In this document: positions 12,605-27,010 of the stretch, in pieces | Layout of the letters: every line of letters begins with the position of its first letter | How positions within the stretch are numbered: position 1 is the stretch's first letter | NCBI GenBank assembly: GCA_032718475.1 | Contig: JAUCBJ010006608.1 | Span: forward strand, 1 to 64,000 | Direction: 5' to 3' | Source of the DNA: Nemertoderma westbladi | Taxonomy: Eukaryota; Animalia; Xenacoelomorpha | Length of the DNA: 64,000 bases | The notes under the pieces: generated by a model | The model's database searches: none | What the model saw: only the letters and a program-made list of their open reading frames with translations | What the model was told of the DNA's origin: nothing | Translations under genes and position numbers: made by a program

Positions 12605-15600
12605 GAAGGAGATTGTTACTAGATCTTGTCCCCACGATTAATTAATGAAGTACGTATTTGTCTCAGCATACAACCCAGCCCTCTCTATATAAAGAAGAAT
12701 GTGTGAAGGAGATTGTTACTATATCTTGTCCCCACGATTAATTAATGAAGTACGTATTTGTCTCAGCATACAACCCAGCCCTCTCTATATAAAGAAGAAT
12801 GTGTAGGAGATTGTTACTATATCTTGTCCCCACGATTAATTAATGCAGTACGTATTTGTCTCAGCATACAACCCAGCCCTCTCTATATAAAGAAGAATGT
12901 GTGAAGGAGATTGTTACTATATCTTGTCCCCACGATTAATTAATGAAGTACGTATTTGTCTCAGCATACAACCCAACCCTCTCTATATAAAGAAGAATGT
13001 ATGAAGGAGATTGTTACTATATCTTGTCCCCTCGATTAATTAATGAAGTACTTATTTGTCTCAGCATACAACCCAACCCTCTCTATATAAAGAAGAATGT
13101 GTGAAGGAGATTGTTACTATATCTTGTCCCCTCGATTAATTAATGAAGTACTTATTTGTCTCAGCATACAACCCAACCCTCTCTATATAAAGAAGAACGT
13201 GTGAAGGAGATTGTTACTATATCTTGTCCCCTCGATTAATTAATGAAGTACTTATTTGTCTCAGCATACAACCCAACCCTCTCTATATAAAGAAGAACGT
13301 GTGAAGGAGATTGTTACTATATCTTGTCCCCTCGATTAATTAATGAAGTACTTATTTGTCTCAGCATACAACCCAACCCTCTCTATATAAAGAAGAACGT
13401 GTGAAGGAGATTGTTACTATATCTTGTCCCCACGATTAATTAATGAAGTACTTATTTGTCTCAGCATACAACCCAGCCCTCTATATATAAAGAAGAATGT
13501 GTGAAGGAGATTGTTACTATATCTTGTCCCCTCGATTAATTAATGAAGTACTTATTTGTCTCAGCATACAACCCAACCCTCTCTATATAAAGAAGAATGT
13601 GTGAAGGAGATTGTTACTATATCTTGTCCCCTCGATTAATTAATGAAGTACGTATTTGTCTCAGCATACAACCCAACCCTCTCTATATAAAGAAGAATGT
13701 GTGAAGGAGATTGTTACTAGATCTTGTCCCCTCGATTAATTAATGAAGTACTTATTTGTCTCAGCATACAACCCAGCCCTCTATATATAAAGAAGAATGT
13801 GTGAAGGAGATTGTTACTAGATCTTGTCCCCACGATTTATTAATTAATGCAGTACTTATTTGTCTCAGCATACAACCCAACCCTCTCTATATAAAGAAGA
13901 ATGTGTGAAGGAGATTGTTACTATATCTTGTCCCCTCGATTAATTAATGAAGTACTTATTTGTCTCAGCATACAACCCAACCCTCTCTATATAAAGAAGA
14001 ATGTGTGAAGGAGATTGTTACTATATCTTGTCCCCTCGATTAATTAATGAAGTACTTATTTGTCTCAGCATACAACCCAGCCCTCTATATATAAAGAAGA
14101 ATGTGTGAAGGAGATTGTTACTATATCTTGTCCCCTCGATTAATTAATGAAGTACTTATTTGTCTCAGCATACAACCCAGCCCTCTATATATAAAGAAGA
14201 ATGTGTGAAGGAGATTGTTACTAGATCTTGTCCCCACGATTTATTAATTAATGCAGTACGTATTTGTCTCAGCATACAACCCAGCTCTCTCTATATAAAG
14301 AAGAATGTGTGAAGGAGATTGTTACTATATCTTGTCCCCTCGATTAATTAATGAAGTACGTATTTGTCTCAGCATACAACCCAGCCCTCTATATATAAAG
14401 AAGAATGTGTGAAGGAGATTGTTACTAGATCTTGTCCCCTCGATTAATTAATGAAGTACTTATTTGTCTCAGCATACAACCCAGCCCTCTATATATAAAG
14501 AAGAATGTGTGAAGGAGATTGTTACTATATTATCTTGTCCCCTCGATTAATTAATGCAGTACGTATTTGTCTCAGCATACAACCCAGCCCTCTATATATA
14601 AAGAAGAATGTGTGAAGGAGATTGTTACTAGATCTTGTCCCCTCGATTAATTAATGAAGTACGTATTTGTCTCAGCATACAACCCAGCCCTCTCTATATA
14701 AAGAAGAATGTGTGAAGGAGATTGTTACTATATCTTGTCCCCTCGATTAATTAATGAAGTACGTATTTGTCTCAGCATACAACCCAGCCCTCTCTATATA
14801 AAGAAGAATGTGTGAAGGAGATTGTTACTATATCTTGTCCCCTCGATTAATTAATGAAGTACGTATTTGTCTCAGCATACAACCCAACCCTCTCTATATA
14901 AAGAAGAATGTGTGAAGGAGATTGTTACTATATCTTGTCCCCTCGATTAATTAATGAAGTACGTATTTGTCTCAGCATACAACCCAACCCTCTCTATATA
15001 AAGAAGAATGTGTGAAGGAGATTGTTACTATATCTTGTCCCTACGATTAATTAATGAAGTACGTATTTGTCTCAGCATACAACCCAACCCTCTCTATATA
15101 AAGAAGAATGTGTGAAGGAGATTGTTACTATATCTTGTCCCTACCATTAATTAATGAAGTACGTATTTGTCTCAGCATACAACCCAGCCCTCTCTATATA
15201 AAGAAGAATGTGTGAAGGAGATTGTTACTATATCTTGTCCCCTCGATTAATTAATGAAGTACGTATTTGTCTCAGCATACAACCCAACCCTCTCTATATA
15301 AAGAAGAATGTGTGAAGGAGATTGTTACTATATCTTGTCCCTACGATTAATTAATGAAGTACGTATTTGTCTCAGCATACAACCCAACCCTCTCTATATA
15401 AAGAAGAATGTGTGAAGGAGATTGTTACTATATCTTGTCCCTACGATTAATTAATGAAGTACGTATTTGTCTCAGCATACAACCCAACCCTCTCTATATA
15501 AAGAAGAATGTGGGAAGGAGATTGTTACTAGATCTTGTCCCCACGATTTATTAATTAATGCAGTACTTATTTGTCTCAGCATACAACCCAACCCTCTATA

Positions 15601-18600
15601 TATAAAGAAGAATGTGTGAAGGAGATTGTTACTAGATCTTGTCCCCACGATTAATTAATTAATGCAGTACTTATTTGTCTCAGCATACAACCCAACCCTC
15701 TATATATAAAGAAGAATGTGTGAAGGAGATTGTTACTAGATCTTGTCCCCACGATTAATTAATGAAGTACGTATTTGTCTCAGCATACAACCCAACTCTC
15801 TCTATATAAAGAAGAATGTGGGAAGGAGATTGTTACTAGATCTTGTCCCCACGATTAATTAATGAAGTACGTATTTGTTTCAGCATACAACCCAACTCTC
15901 TCTATATAAAGAAGAATGTGGGAAGGAGATTGTTACTAGATCTTGTCCCCACGATTAATTAATGAAGTACTTATTTGTCTCAGCATACAACCCAGCCCTC
16001 TCTATATAAAGAAGAATGTGTGAAGGAGATTGTTACTAGATCTTGTCCCCACGATTAATTAATGAAGTACGTATTTGTCTCAGCATACAACCCAGCCCTC
16101 TCTATATAAAGAAGAATGTGTGAAGGAGATTGTTACTAGATCTTGTCCCCACGATTAATTAATGAAGTAAGTATTTGTCTCAGCATACAACCCAGCCCTC
16201 TCTATATAAAGAAGAATGTGTGAAGGAGATTGTTACTAGATCTTGTCCCCACGATTAATTAATGAAGTACGTATTTGTCTCAGCATACAACCCAACCCTC
16301 TCTATATAAAGAAGAATGTGTGAAGGAGATTGTTACTAGATCTTGTCCCCACGATTAATTAATGAAGTACGTATTTGTCTCAGCATACAACCCAGCCCTC
16401 TATATATAAAGAAGAATGTGTGAAGGAGATTGTTACTAGATCTTGTCCCCACGATTAATTATTGAAGTACGTATTTGTCTCAGCATACAACCCAGCCCTC
16501 TCTATATAAAGAAGAATGTGTGAAGGAGATTGTTACTAGATCTTGTCCCCACGATTAATTAATGCAGTACGTATTTGTCTCAGCATACAACCCAGCCCTC
16601 TCTATATAAAGAAGAATGTGTGAAGGAGATCGTTACTAGATCTTGTCCCCACGATTAATTAATGCAGTACGTATTTGTCTCAGCATATACAACCCAGCCC
16701 TCTCTATATAAAGAAGAATGTGTGAAGGAGATTGTTACTAGATCTTGTCCCCACGATTAATTAATGCAGTACGTATTTGTCTCAGCATACAACCCAGCCC
16801 TCTCTATATAAAGAAGAATGTGTGAAGGAGATTGTTACTAGATCTTGTCCCCACGATTAATTAATGCAGTACGTATTTGTCTCAGCATACAACCCAGCCC
16901 TCTCTATATAAAGAAGAATGTGTGAAGGAGATTGTTACTAGATCTTGTCCCCACGATTAATTAATGCAGTACGTATTTGTCTCAGCATACAACCCAGCCC
17001 TCTCTATATAAAGAAGAATGTGTGAAGGAGATTGTTACTAGATCTTGTCCCCACGATTAATTAATGCAGTACGTATTTGTCTCAGCATACAACCCAACCC
17101 TCTCTATATAAAGAAGAATGTGTGAAGGAGATTGTTACTAGATCTTGTCCCCACGATTAATTAATGCAGTACGTATTTGTCTCAGCATACAACCCAGCCC
17201 TCTCTATATAAAGAAGAATGTGTGAAGGAGATTGTTACTAGATCTTGTCCCCTCGATTAATTAATGAAGTACTTATTTGTCTCAGCATACAACCCAGCCC
17301 TCTATATATAAAGAAGAATGTGTGAAGGAGATTGTTACTAGATCTTGTCCCCACGATTTATTAATTAATGCAGTACGTATTTGTCTCAGCATACAACCCA
17401 GCTCTCTCTATATAAAGAAGAATGTGTGAAGGAGATTGTTACTATATCTTGTCCCCTCGATTAATTAATGAAGTACGTATTTGTCTCAGCATACAACCCA
17501 GCCCTCTATATATAAAGAAGAATGTGTGAAGGAGATTGTTACTAGATCTTGTCCCCTCGATTAATTAATGAAGTACTTATTTGTCTCAGCATACAACCCA
17601 ACCCTCTCTATATAAAGAAGAATGTGTGAAGGAGATTGTTACTATATCTTGTCCCCTCGATTAATTAATGCAGTACGTATTTGTCTCAGCATACAACCCA
17701 ACCCTCTCTATATAAAGAAGAATGTGTGAAGGAGATTGTTACTAGATCTTGTCCCCTCGATTAATTAATGAAGTACTTATTTGTCTCAGCATACAACCCA
17801 GCCCTCTATATATAAAGAAGAATGTGTGAAGGAGATTGTTACTATATTATCTTGTCCCCACGATTAATTAATGCAGTACTTATTTGTCTCAGCATACAAC
17901 CCAACCCTCTCTATATAAAGAAGAATGTGTGAAGGAGATTGTTACTAGATCTTGTCCCCACGATTAATTAATGCAGTACGTATTTGTCTCAGCATACAAC
18001 CCAGCCCTCTCTATACAAAGAAGAATGTGTGAAGGAGATTGTTACTATATCTTGTCCCCTCGATTAATTAATGAAGTACGTATTTGTCTCAGCATACAAC
18101 CCAGCCCTCTCTATATAAAGAAGAATGTGTGAAGGAGATTGTTACTAGATCTTGTCCCCACGATTAATTAATGCAGTACGTATTTGTCTCAGCATACAAC
18201 CCAGCCCTCTCTATATAAAGAAGAATGTGTGAAGGAGATTGTTACTATATCTTGTCCCCTCGATTAATTAATGAAGTACGTATTTGTCTCAGCATACAAC
18301 CCAACCCTCTCTATATAAAGAAGAATGTGTGAAGGAGATTGTTACTATATCTTGTCCCTACGATTAATTAATGAAGTACGTATTTGTCTCAGCATACAAC
18401 CCAACCCTCTCTATATAAAGAAGAATGTGTGAAGGAGATTGTTACTATATCTTGTCCCTACGATTAATTAATGAAGTACGTATTTGTCTCAGCATACAAC
18501 CCAACCCTCTCTATATAAAGAAGAATGTGGGAAGGAGATTGTTACTAGATCTTGTCCCCACGATTTATTAATTAATGCAGTACTTATTTGTCTCAGCATA

Positions 18601-21600
18601 CAACCCAACCCTCTATATATAAAGAAGAATGTGTGAAGGAGATTGTTACTAGATCTTGTCCCCACGATTAATTAATTAATGCAGTACTTATTTGTCTCAG
18701 CATACAACCCAACCCTCTATATATAAAGAAGAATGTGTGAAGGAGATTGTTACTAGATCTTGTCCCCACGATTAATTAATTAATGCAGTACTTATTTGTC
18801 TCAGCATACAACCCAACCCTCTATATATAAAGAAGAATGTGTGAAGGAGATTGTTACTAGATCTTGTCCCCACGATTAATTAATGCAGTACGTATTTGTC
18901 TCAGCATACAACCCAACCCTCTCTATATAAAGAAGAATGTGGGAAGGAGATTGTTACTAGATCTTGTCCCCACGATTTATTAATTAATGCAGTACTTATT
19001 TGTCTCAGCATACAACCCAACCCTCTATATATAAAGAAGAATGTGTGAAGGAGATTGTTACTAGATCTTGTCCCCACGATTAATTAATTAATGCAGTACT
19101 TATTTGTCTCAGCATACAACCCAACCCTCTATATATAAAGAAGAATGTGTGAAGGAGATTGTTACTAGATCTTGTCCCCACGATTAATTAATGAAGTACG
19201 TATTTGTCTCAGCATACAACCCAACTCTCTCTATATAAAGAAGAATGTGGGAAGGAGATTGTTACTAGATCTTGTCCCCACGATTAATTAATGAAGTACG
19301 TATTTGTTTCAGCATACAACCCAACTCTCTCTATATAAAGAAGAATGTGGGAAGGAGATTGTTACTAGATCTTGTCCCCACGATTAATTAATGAAGTACT
19401 TATTTGTCTCAGCATACAACCCAGCCCTCTCTATATAAAGAAGAATGTGTGAAGGAGATTGTTACTAGATCTTGTCCCCACGATTAATTAATGAAGTACG
19501 TATTTGTCTCAGCATACAACCCAGCCCTCTCTATATAAAGAAGAATGTGTGAAGGAGATTGTTACTAGATCTTGTCCCCACGATTAATTAATGAAGTAAG
19601 TATTTGTCTCAGCATACAACCCAGCCCTCTCTATATAAAGAAGAATGTGTGAAGGAGATTGTTACTAGATCTTGTCCCCACGATTAATTAATGAAGTACG
19701 TATTTGTCTCAGCATACAACCCAACCCTCTCTATATAAAGAAGAATGTGTGAAGGAGATTGTTACTAGATCTTGTCCCCACGATTAATTAATGAAGTACG
19801 TATTTGTCTCAGCATACAACCCAGCCCTCTATATATAAAGAAGAATGTGTGAAGGAGATTGTTACTAGATCTTGTCCCCACGATTAATTATTGAAGTACG
19901 TATTTGTCTCAGCATACAACCCAGCCCTCTCTATATAAACAAGAATGTGTGAAGGAGATTGTTACTAGATCTTGTCCCCACGATTAATTAATGCAGTACG
20001 TATTTGTCTCAGCATACAACCCAGCCCTCTCTATATAAAGAAGAATGTGTGAAGGAGATCGTTACTAGATCTTGTCCCCACGATTAATTAATGCAGTACG
20101 TATTTGTCTCAGCATATACAACCCAGCCCTCTCTATATAAAGAAGAATGTGTGAAGGAGATTGTTACTAGATCTTGTCCCCACGATTAATTAATGCAGTA
20201 CGTATTTGTCTCAGCATACAACCCAGCCCTCTCTATATAAAGAAGAATGTGTGAAGGAGATTGTTACTAGATCTTGTCCCCACGATTAATTAATGCAGTA
20301 CGTATTTGTCTCAGCATACAACCCAGCCCTCTCTATATAAAGAAGAATGTGTGAAGGAGATTGTTACTAGATCTTGTCCCCACGATTAATTAATGCAGTA
20401 CGTATTTGTCTCAGCATACAACCCAGCCCTCTCTATATAAAGAAGAATGTGTGAAGGAGATTGTTACTAGATCTTGTCCCCACGATTAATTAATGCAGTA
20501 CGTATTTGTCTCAGCATACAACCCAACCCTCTCTATATAAAGAAGAATGTGTGAAGGAGATTGTTACTAGATCTTGTCCCCACGATTAATTAATGCAGTA
20601 CGTATTTGTCTCAGCATACAACCCAGCCCTCTCTATATAAAGAAGAATGTGTGAAGGAGATTGTTACTAGATCTTGTCCCCACGATTAATTAATGCAGTA
20701 CGTATTTGTCTCAGCATACAACCCAACCCTCTCTATATAAAGAAGAATGTGTGAAGGAGATTGTTACTAGATCTTGTCCCCACGATTAATTAATGAAGTA
20801 CGTATTTGTCTCAGCATACAACCCAGCCCTCTATATATAAAGAAGAATGTGTGAAGGAGATTGTTACTATATCTTGTCCCCACGATTAATTAATGAAGTA
20901 CGTATTTGTCTCAGCATACAACCCAGCCCTCTCTATATAAAGAAGAATGTGTGAAGGAGATTGTTACTAGATCTTGTCCCCACGATTAATTAATGCAGTA
21001 CGTATTTGTCTCAGCATACAACCCAGCCCTCTCTATATAAAGAAGAATGTGTGAAGGAGATTGTTACTATATTATCTTGTCCCCACACTTAATTAATGAA
21101 GTACGTATTTGTCTCAGCATACAACCCAGCCCTCTATATTTAAAGAAGAATGTGTGAAGGAGATTGTTACTATATCTTGTCCCCACGATTAATTAATGCA
21201 GTACGTATTTGTCTCAGCATACAACCCAGCCCTCTCTATATAAAGAAGAATGTGTGAAGGAGATTGTTACTATATTATCTTGTCCCCACAATTAATTAAT
21301 GAAGTACGTATTTGTCTCAGCATACAACCCAGCCCTCTATATTTAAAGAAGAATGTGTGAAGGAGATTGTTACTATATCTTGTCCCCACGATTAATTAAT
21401 GAAGTACGTATTCGTCTCAGCATACAACCCAGCCCTCTCTATATAAAGAAGAATGTGTGAAGGAGATTGTTACTAGATCTTGTCCCCACGATTAATTAAT
21501 GCAGTACGTATTTGTCTCAGCATACAACCCAGCCCTCTCTATATAAAGAAGAATGTGTGAAGGAGATTGTTACTAGATCTTGTCCCCACGATTAATTAAT

Positions 21601-23699
21601 GCAGTACGTATTTGTCTCAGCATACAACCCAGCCCTCTCTATATAAAGAAGAATGTGTGAAGGAGATTGTTACTATATCTTGTCCCCACGATTAATTAAT
21701 GAAGTACGTATTTGTCTCAGCATACAACCCAGCCCTCTATATATAAAGAAGAATGTGTGAAGGAGATTGTTACTAGATCTTGTCCCCACGATTAATTAAT
21801 GAAGTACGTATTTGTCTCAGCATACAACCCAGCCTAACTATATAAAGAAGAATGTGTGAAGGAGATTGTTACTAGATCTTGTCCCCACGATTAATTAATG
21901 CAGTACGTATTTGTCTCAGCATACAACCCAGCTCTCTCTATATAAAGAAGAATGTGTGAAGGAGATTGTTACTATATCTTGTCCCCACGATTAATTAATG
22001 AAGTATGTATTTGTCTCAGCATACAACCCAGCCCTCTCTATATAAATAAGAATGTGTGAAGGAGATTGTTACTATATCTTGTCCCAACGATTAATTAATG
22101 AAGTACTTATTTGTCTCAGTATACAACCCAGCCCTCTATATATAAAGAAGAATGTGTGAAGGAGATTGTTGCTATATCTTGTCCCCACGATTAATTAATG
22201 AGGTACTTATTTGTCTCAGCATACAACCCAGCCCTCTCTATATAAAGAAGAATGTGTGAAGGAGATTGTTACTATATCTTGTCCCCACGATTAATTAATG
22301 AAGTACTTTTGTCTCAGCATACAACCCAACCCTCTCTATATAAAGAAGAATGTGTGAAGGAGATTGTTACTAGATCTTGTCCCCACGATTAATTAATGAA
22401 GTACTTATTTGTCTCAGTATACAACCCAACCCTCTCTATATAAAGAAGAATGTGTGAAGGAGATTGTTACTAGATCTTGTCCCCACGATTAATTAATGAA
22501 GTACTTTTGTCTCAGCATACAACCCAACCCTCTCTATATAAAGAAGAATGTGTGAAGGAGATTGTTACTAGATCTTGTCCCCACGATTAATTAATGAAGT
22601 ACTTATTTGTCTCAGCATACAACCCAACCCTCTCTATATAAAGAAGAATGTGTGAAGGAGATTGTTACTATATCTTGTCCCCACGATTAATTAATGAAGT
22701 ACTTTTGTCTCAGCATACAACCCAGCCCTCTATATATAAAGAAGAATGTGTGAAGGAGATTGTTACTATATCTTGTCCCCACGATTAATTAATGAAGTAC
22801 TTTTGTCTCAGCATACAACCCAACCCTCTCTATATAAAGAAGAATGTGTGAAGGAGATTGTTACTAGATCTTGTCCCCACGATTAATTAATGAAGTACTT
22901 ATTTGTCTCAGCATACAACCCAACCCTCTCTATATAAAGAAGAATGTGTGAAGGAGATTGTTACTATATCTTGTCCCCACGATTAATTAATGAAGTACTT
23001 TTGTCTCAGCATACAACCCAACCCTCTCTATATAAAGAAGAATGTGTGAAGGAGATTGTTACTAGATCTTGTCCCCACGATTAATTAATGAAGTACTTAT
23101 TTGTCTCAGTATACAACCCAACCCTCTCTATATAAAGAAGAATGTGTGAAGGAGATTGTTACTATATCTTGTCCCTACGATTAATTAATGAAGTACGTAT
23201 TTGTCTCAGCATACAACCCAACCCTCTCTATATAAAGAAGAATGTGTGAAGGAGATTGATACTAAATCTTGTCCCTACGATTAATTAATGAAGTACGTAT
23301 TTGTCTCAGCATACAACCCAACCCTCTCTATATAAAGAAGAATGTGTGAAGGAGATTGATACTAAATCTTGTCCCCACGATTAATTAATGAAGTACTTAT
23401 TTGTCTCAGCATACAACCCAGCCCTCTCTATATAAAGAAGAATGTGTGAAGGAGATTGTTACTATATCTTGTCCCCACGATTAATTAATGAAGTACTTAT
23501 TTGTCTCAGCATACAACCCAGCCCTCTCTATATAAAGAAGAATGTGTGAAGGAGATTGTTACTAGATCTTGTCCCCACGATTAATTAATGAAGTACTTAT
23601 TTGTCTCAGCATACAACCCAGCCCTCTCTATATAAAGAAGAATGTGTGAAGGAGATTGTTACTATATCTTGTCCCCACAATTAATTAATGAAGTACGTA
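12555..23699 (+). repeat. About 11.1-kb satellite of roughly 111 copies of a 100-bp unit
   Basis: Unit TATTTGTCTCAGCATACAACCCAGCCCTCTCTATATAAAGAAGAATGTGTGAAGGAGATTGTTACTAGATCTTGTCCCCACGATTAATTAATGAAGTACG, with 98-104 bp variants. Confidence 0.99.
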
Positions 23700-25347
23700 A
23701 TTAACATACCGTTGCAGATTATGTAATAGTGATATATTGTTGCAGGACAAACAGATGGGAAAACGTGAAAGTATAATATCTAGTTGTTTTGTAGGGATAT
23801 TGGTTTGGGGTTGTTGATGAAACTTTTCTGTTGACATAAGAATTAAGTTTTTGTGTTTGTCGAATAATTAAATTAATAATTGCTAATACCCTTTATTTAA
23901 TAGAGATATACTTCACTATAAATCTCTCTCTATATTTCTCTATTTCCCAATTCCCCATACGACTGCTTCTCAGTCGAGCGAATTCTATACAGAGCAAAAA
24001 TCAGAGTGAAAAATCAATACCTAATGGGGCTCGAACCCGGTACCTAGGTTTCAAACTTTCGGTTATCTTCAGTGGGGTGTGTGCGTCCTAAAATAACTGA
24101 ACGACCAGGACGGATGAAGAATTAGCTATGGAGTGGGATATCATACTTAGTCCAAACCACTCAAAGGAAAGTGCAACGTTTCCGATTTCCGATTCACTTC
24201 TATAGGAGTTAGGATTTAATTGGAAATTAAATTTAGCCCAAATTCCAGACTTGGAGGCACTTAGGATTTGACTTGGATTTCATTAGGAATTTACTTGGAA
24301 ATCGGCGCTTACTTTGATGTCTGGAAGGTGGACTGACTCAGACTATGCTTGTGCTTATAATTACATCTAAAATTACATTACTACCGATATAATTACATTT
24401 CATCACCTGTTATAATTTGGCCGCACTAGCTCTGTAGAGCTATGGCCTAGTCTAACTTGTGCTATGGTTTGCGCTTACGTTAGAAAATGTAAATTAACGT
24501 CGTTAATTAACGATTAAATTAAATTAACGAAATTAAAAAAAAAATTAAATTAACAAATAATCACACACTGTATTTATTACTATTGAACATATTTTGAGTA
24601 ATAAAGAGTAACACACAATGTTTGTGAAACACACAAGTTCCGTATTTAAACATAACACCCACAAAGCACATTACACTCTCCAAGCAGATTCCGCAACATG
24701 TCACAATCCGTATCGCTACTACTACGAAAAATAAATGAAATAACATCCTACAGGAATTAACAGACCCTTATGAGTTTAGTGGTTTGTAACAAACTTAACC
24801 TCTTGGCATATTGATATTAATATTAATTATAAACTATATTTATTATACCAAGGAAATGGTAAAATTGCCAGATCTATAAAGTTCGCAAAATAATTTAAAT
24901 AAAATTATTAAAAGTTTGACGTCCGAATAAAATCAGATTACGCCTTAGCAGCCCAACTACTTGTTGAGGCTCACTCAACGTGTTGGTGGGCCTATTTTAC
25001 ACAAGCGGCGATACCTTTACTGTATGGTAGTTAATGTGTCCAGATGTTGAGTTAAAGCCAGTAGTGTGTTCTTTGCATATTTAACATTAGCCTATGGGGA
25101 GTATTGTTGTTGTAAGATAAGTCAGGGGAAGGGAAATACAACTCAACCACTAGACAAAGCGGCTCTCTTTACTACTTTCAGCTAACCCGGGGGGTTGATT
25201 GACACTGCTAAGCTTTGATTTAGCCACTCTAGGTAGACTTACATTAGGCAAATTCCAAGTGATTTTCTAAAGGTTATTTATTTCCTATTAGGTTCCTATT
25301 AGGATCCTATTAGGATCCAATAGGACGTTATTTGAAAGCGTTACTGT

Positions 25348-25635
25348 AGGAAAAAATGGCACGTCGAAATCAGAAACCTTGATATTGGTGACATTGTTTT
25401 AGTCCAACCAAAGGGGTCGACAATTAGAGGTGATAATCGAATGGCTGTGGTAGATAAGGTATATTCGGATGCAAAGGGAAATGTCCGTAAAGTGGATGTC
25501 CGCTACAAAAACGTTAAAAATCTACCGGCCAGGGTCAAGAGGGTGAAGAACTTTACGAGGGTTACGCGTGATGTGCGTTCATTAGTTCTACTCCTGCCGA
25601 AAACTGAAAGTAATACCAAAGGAGATAATGGCTGA
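25348..25635 (+). mobile_element. Bel/Pao pol C-terminal fragment (post-integrase DUF5641-like region)
   Basis: RKKWHVEIRNLDIGDIVLV...MAVVDKVYSDAKGNVRKVDVRY...VTRDVRSLVLLLP. Confidence 0.8.
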
Positions 25636-25808
25636 GAGAATTGAAAGTAGAAACTGAAAGAAGTTGGATCTTGGTGATTGGGTATTGGGCTACCTACATA
25701 TATAGAAATTTATTACATCGTGCTAGAAGTTTGTGCTTTTTATTGTTGTGTTTTTTTGGATTGAAATTTTTTATTACTTGTTATTACTCACTAGACTCGG
25801 GTGGGAGG

Positions 25809-26361
25809 TGTTTCGAAAGTTACTACTGTACTTAAAAAAGTATAACCCCGTTTAAGTTATTTTGAGAGACAGATATACTGGTTACCGCAGTACCGGTACG
25901 AGTCTAGTTAATTTATTATTGTATTATTTTTGTTGCATTTGAATGTAGGCCTACCTTTTCAGTGTATAGCTGTATTGCGTTTGGAGGTGGACAGATGGGC
26001 CTACCACTGTACGGCAGTAAGGCTTCTACCGGCTGTGCGGTTAATATTGTTTATACTTATGTCTTTGAGGAGTGGAGACGGAACTGGTTCGAATCTATCT
26101 ACTGTCAGACTGATGTATTCGAATTCAACCAACCGTATAGTTTTTGAACCAACCCTGTATTTGGTATTGATTGAAGCTTACTATTTACTGATTTATATAT
26201 ATTTGTATGTACGTGTTTCGATGGACTCCGTATGCCGTATTTATTATTAATATAAAAGCAACAAGCTGACAAGAGCTTTTACTGCAATGGCAGTTCTGGG
26301 TGTAGATCTTTTTTCATTATATTATTTCATCGATGGTGGCACGGTGAAACAATCTTCAACA
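25809..26361 (+). mobile_element. 3' LTR of the Bel/Pao remnant
   Basis: Polypurine tract GGGTGGGAGG immediately before TGTT at 25809. Ends in AACA at 26361. Confidence 0.65.
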
Positions 26362-26799
26362 TGTCTATTTTATATTAGAGCAGCAAAAATGCCAAAAATG
26401 ATTATTAATTTGTCAAAGTATTATCCCAAATTTTGTAAAAATTTAGGTGTTCATTGACATGGTTCACCTAACAAGAAATAATTAAATAATAGTTCATTAA
26501 AACTGCAATAAAATTTAACGCAGAAAGGTACTTTTTAATAATAAATATCTTGTATAAATTTTAAATCCAGGAGCATTTTAATTGTTTTCCTGTAATTCTA
26601 TTGATGTGTGCTGCTTTCTGAAGTAGCGGAATCTTGTTTAACCCTTTGCTGCATAGTGTAAGATTTCCTGTTCTTATTTCTCCTAAGTAGGAAAACAGCC
26701 AATGAGGATCACGCAGTGAGTAAGAGGGTATATTAAGCTTTCATTTGATTGGTCACTTGACATATTTAGTCCAGCTGGTAACTCAGTGATGTAATTCAA

Positions 26800-27010
26800 A
26801 TATTGTGGGGCGAGCCACGAAGTGAGTGAGCCTTAGCGTAGTGGTACCATTAATCAACCTGTCGTTCTGTCGTTCTGTCGTTCTGTAGCGTCCAATTTTA
26901 AACGTTAATAACTCAGCCAATCTTTGATGAAATCTATCCAAACTTGGTACACATGTTGTTTGGCAAAAGTTTAGAAATTTTCCAAGTAGAATTTCCGTGT
27001 GGCCTTCGAG
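26800..27010 (+). mobile_element. Helentron/HINE (DINE-1-like) non-autonomous element end
   Basis: GC-rich stem, CTGTCGTT microsatellite, then AATAACTC and AAACTTGGTACAC motifs typical of such elements. Confidence 0.4.

Noticed and set aside
12555-23699. CRISPR-like array
   Set aside because: Units are contiguous near-identical monomers with no unique spacers, there are no cas genes, and the context is eukaryotic.
12555-23699. TATATAAAG in every satellite unit as a binding array for the Polinton TBP-like domain
   Set aside because: The motif is already in the single-copy paralogue and is explained by codons (L-Y-K). There is no evidence of a link to the element.
24016-24056. tRNA gene on the minus strand (GGTTCGAGCCC B-box)
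   Set aside because: No full cloverleaf or clear A-box. At most a SINE fragment.
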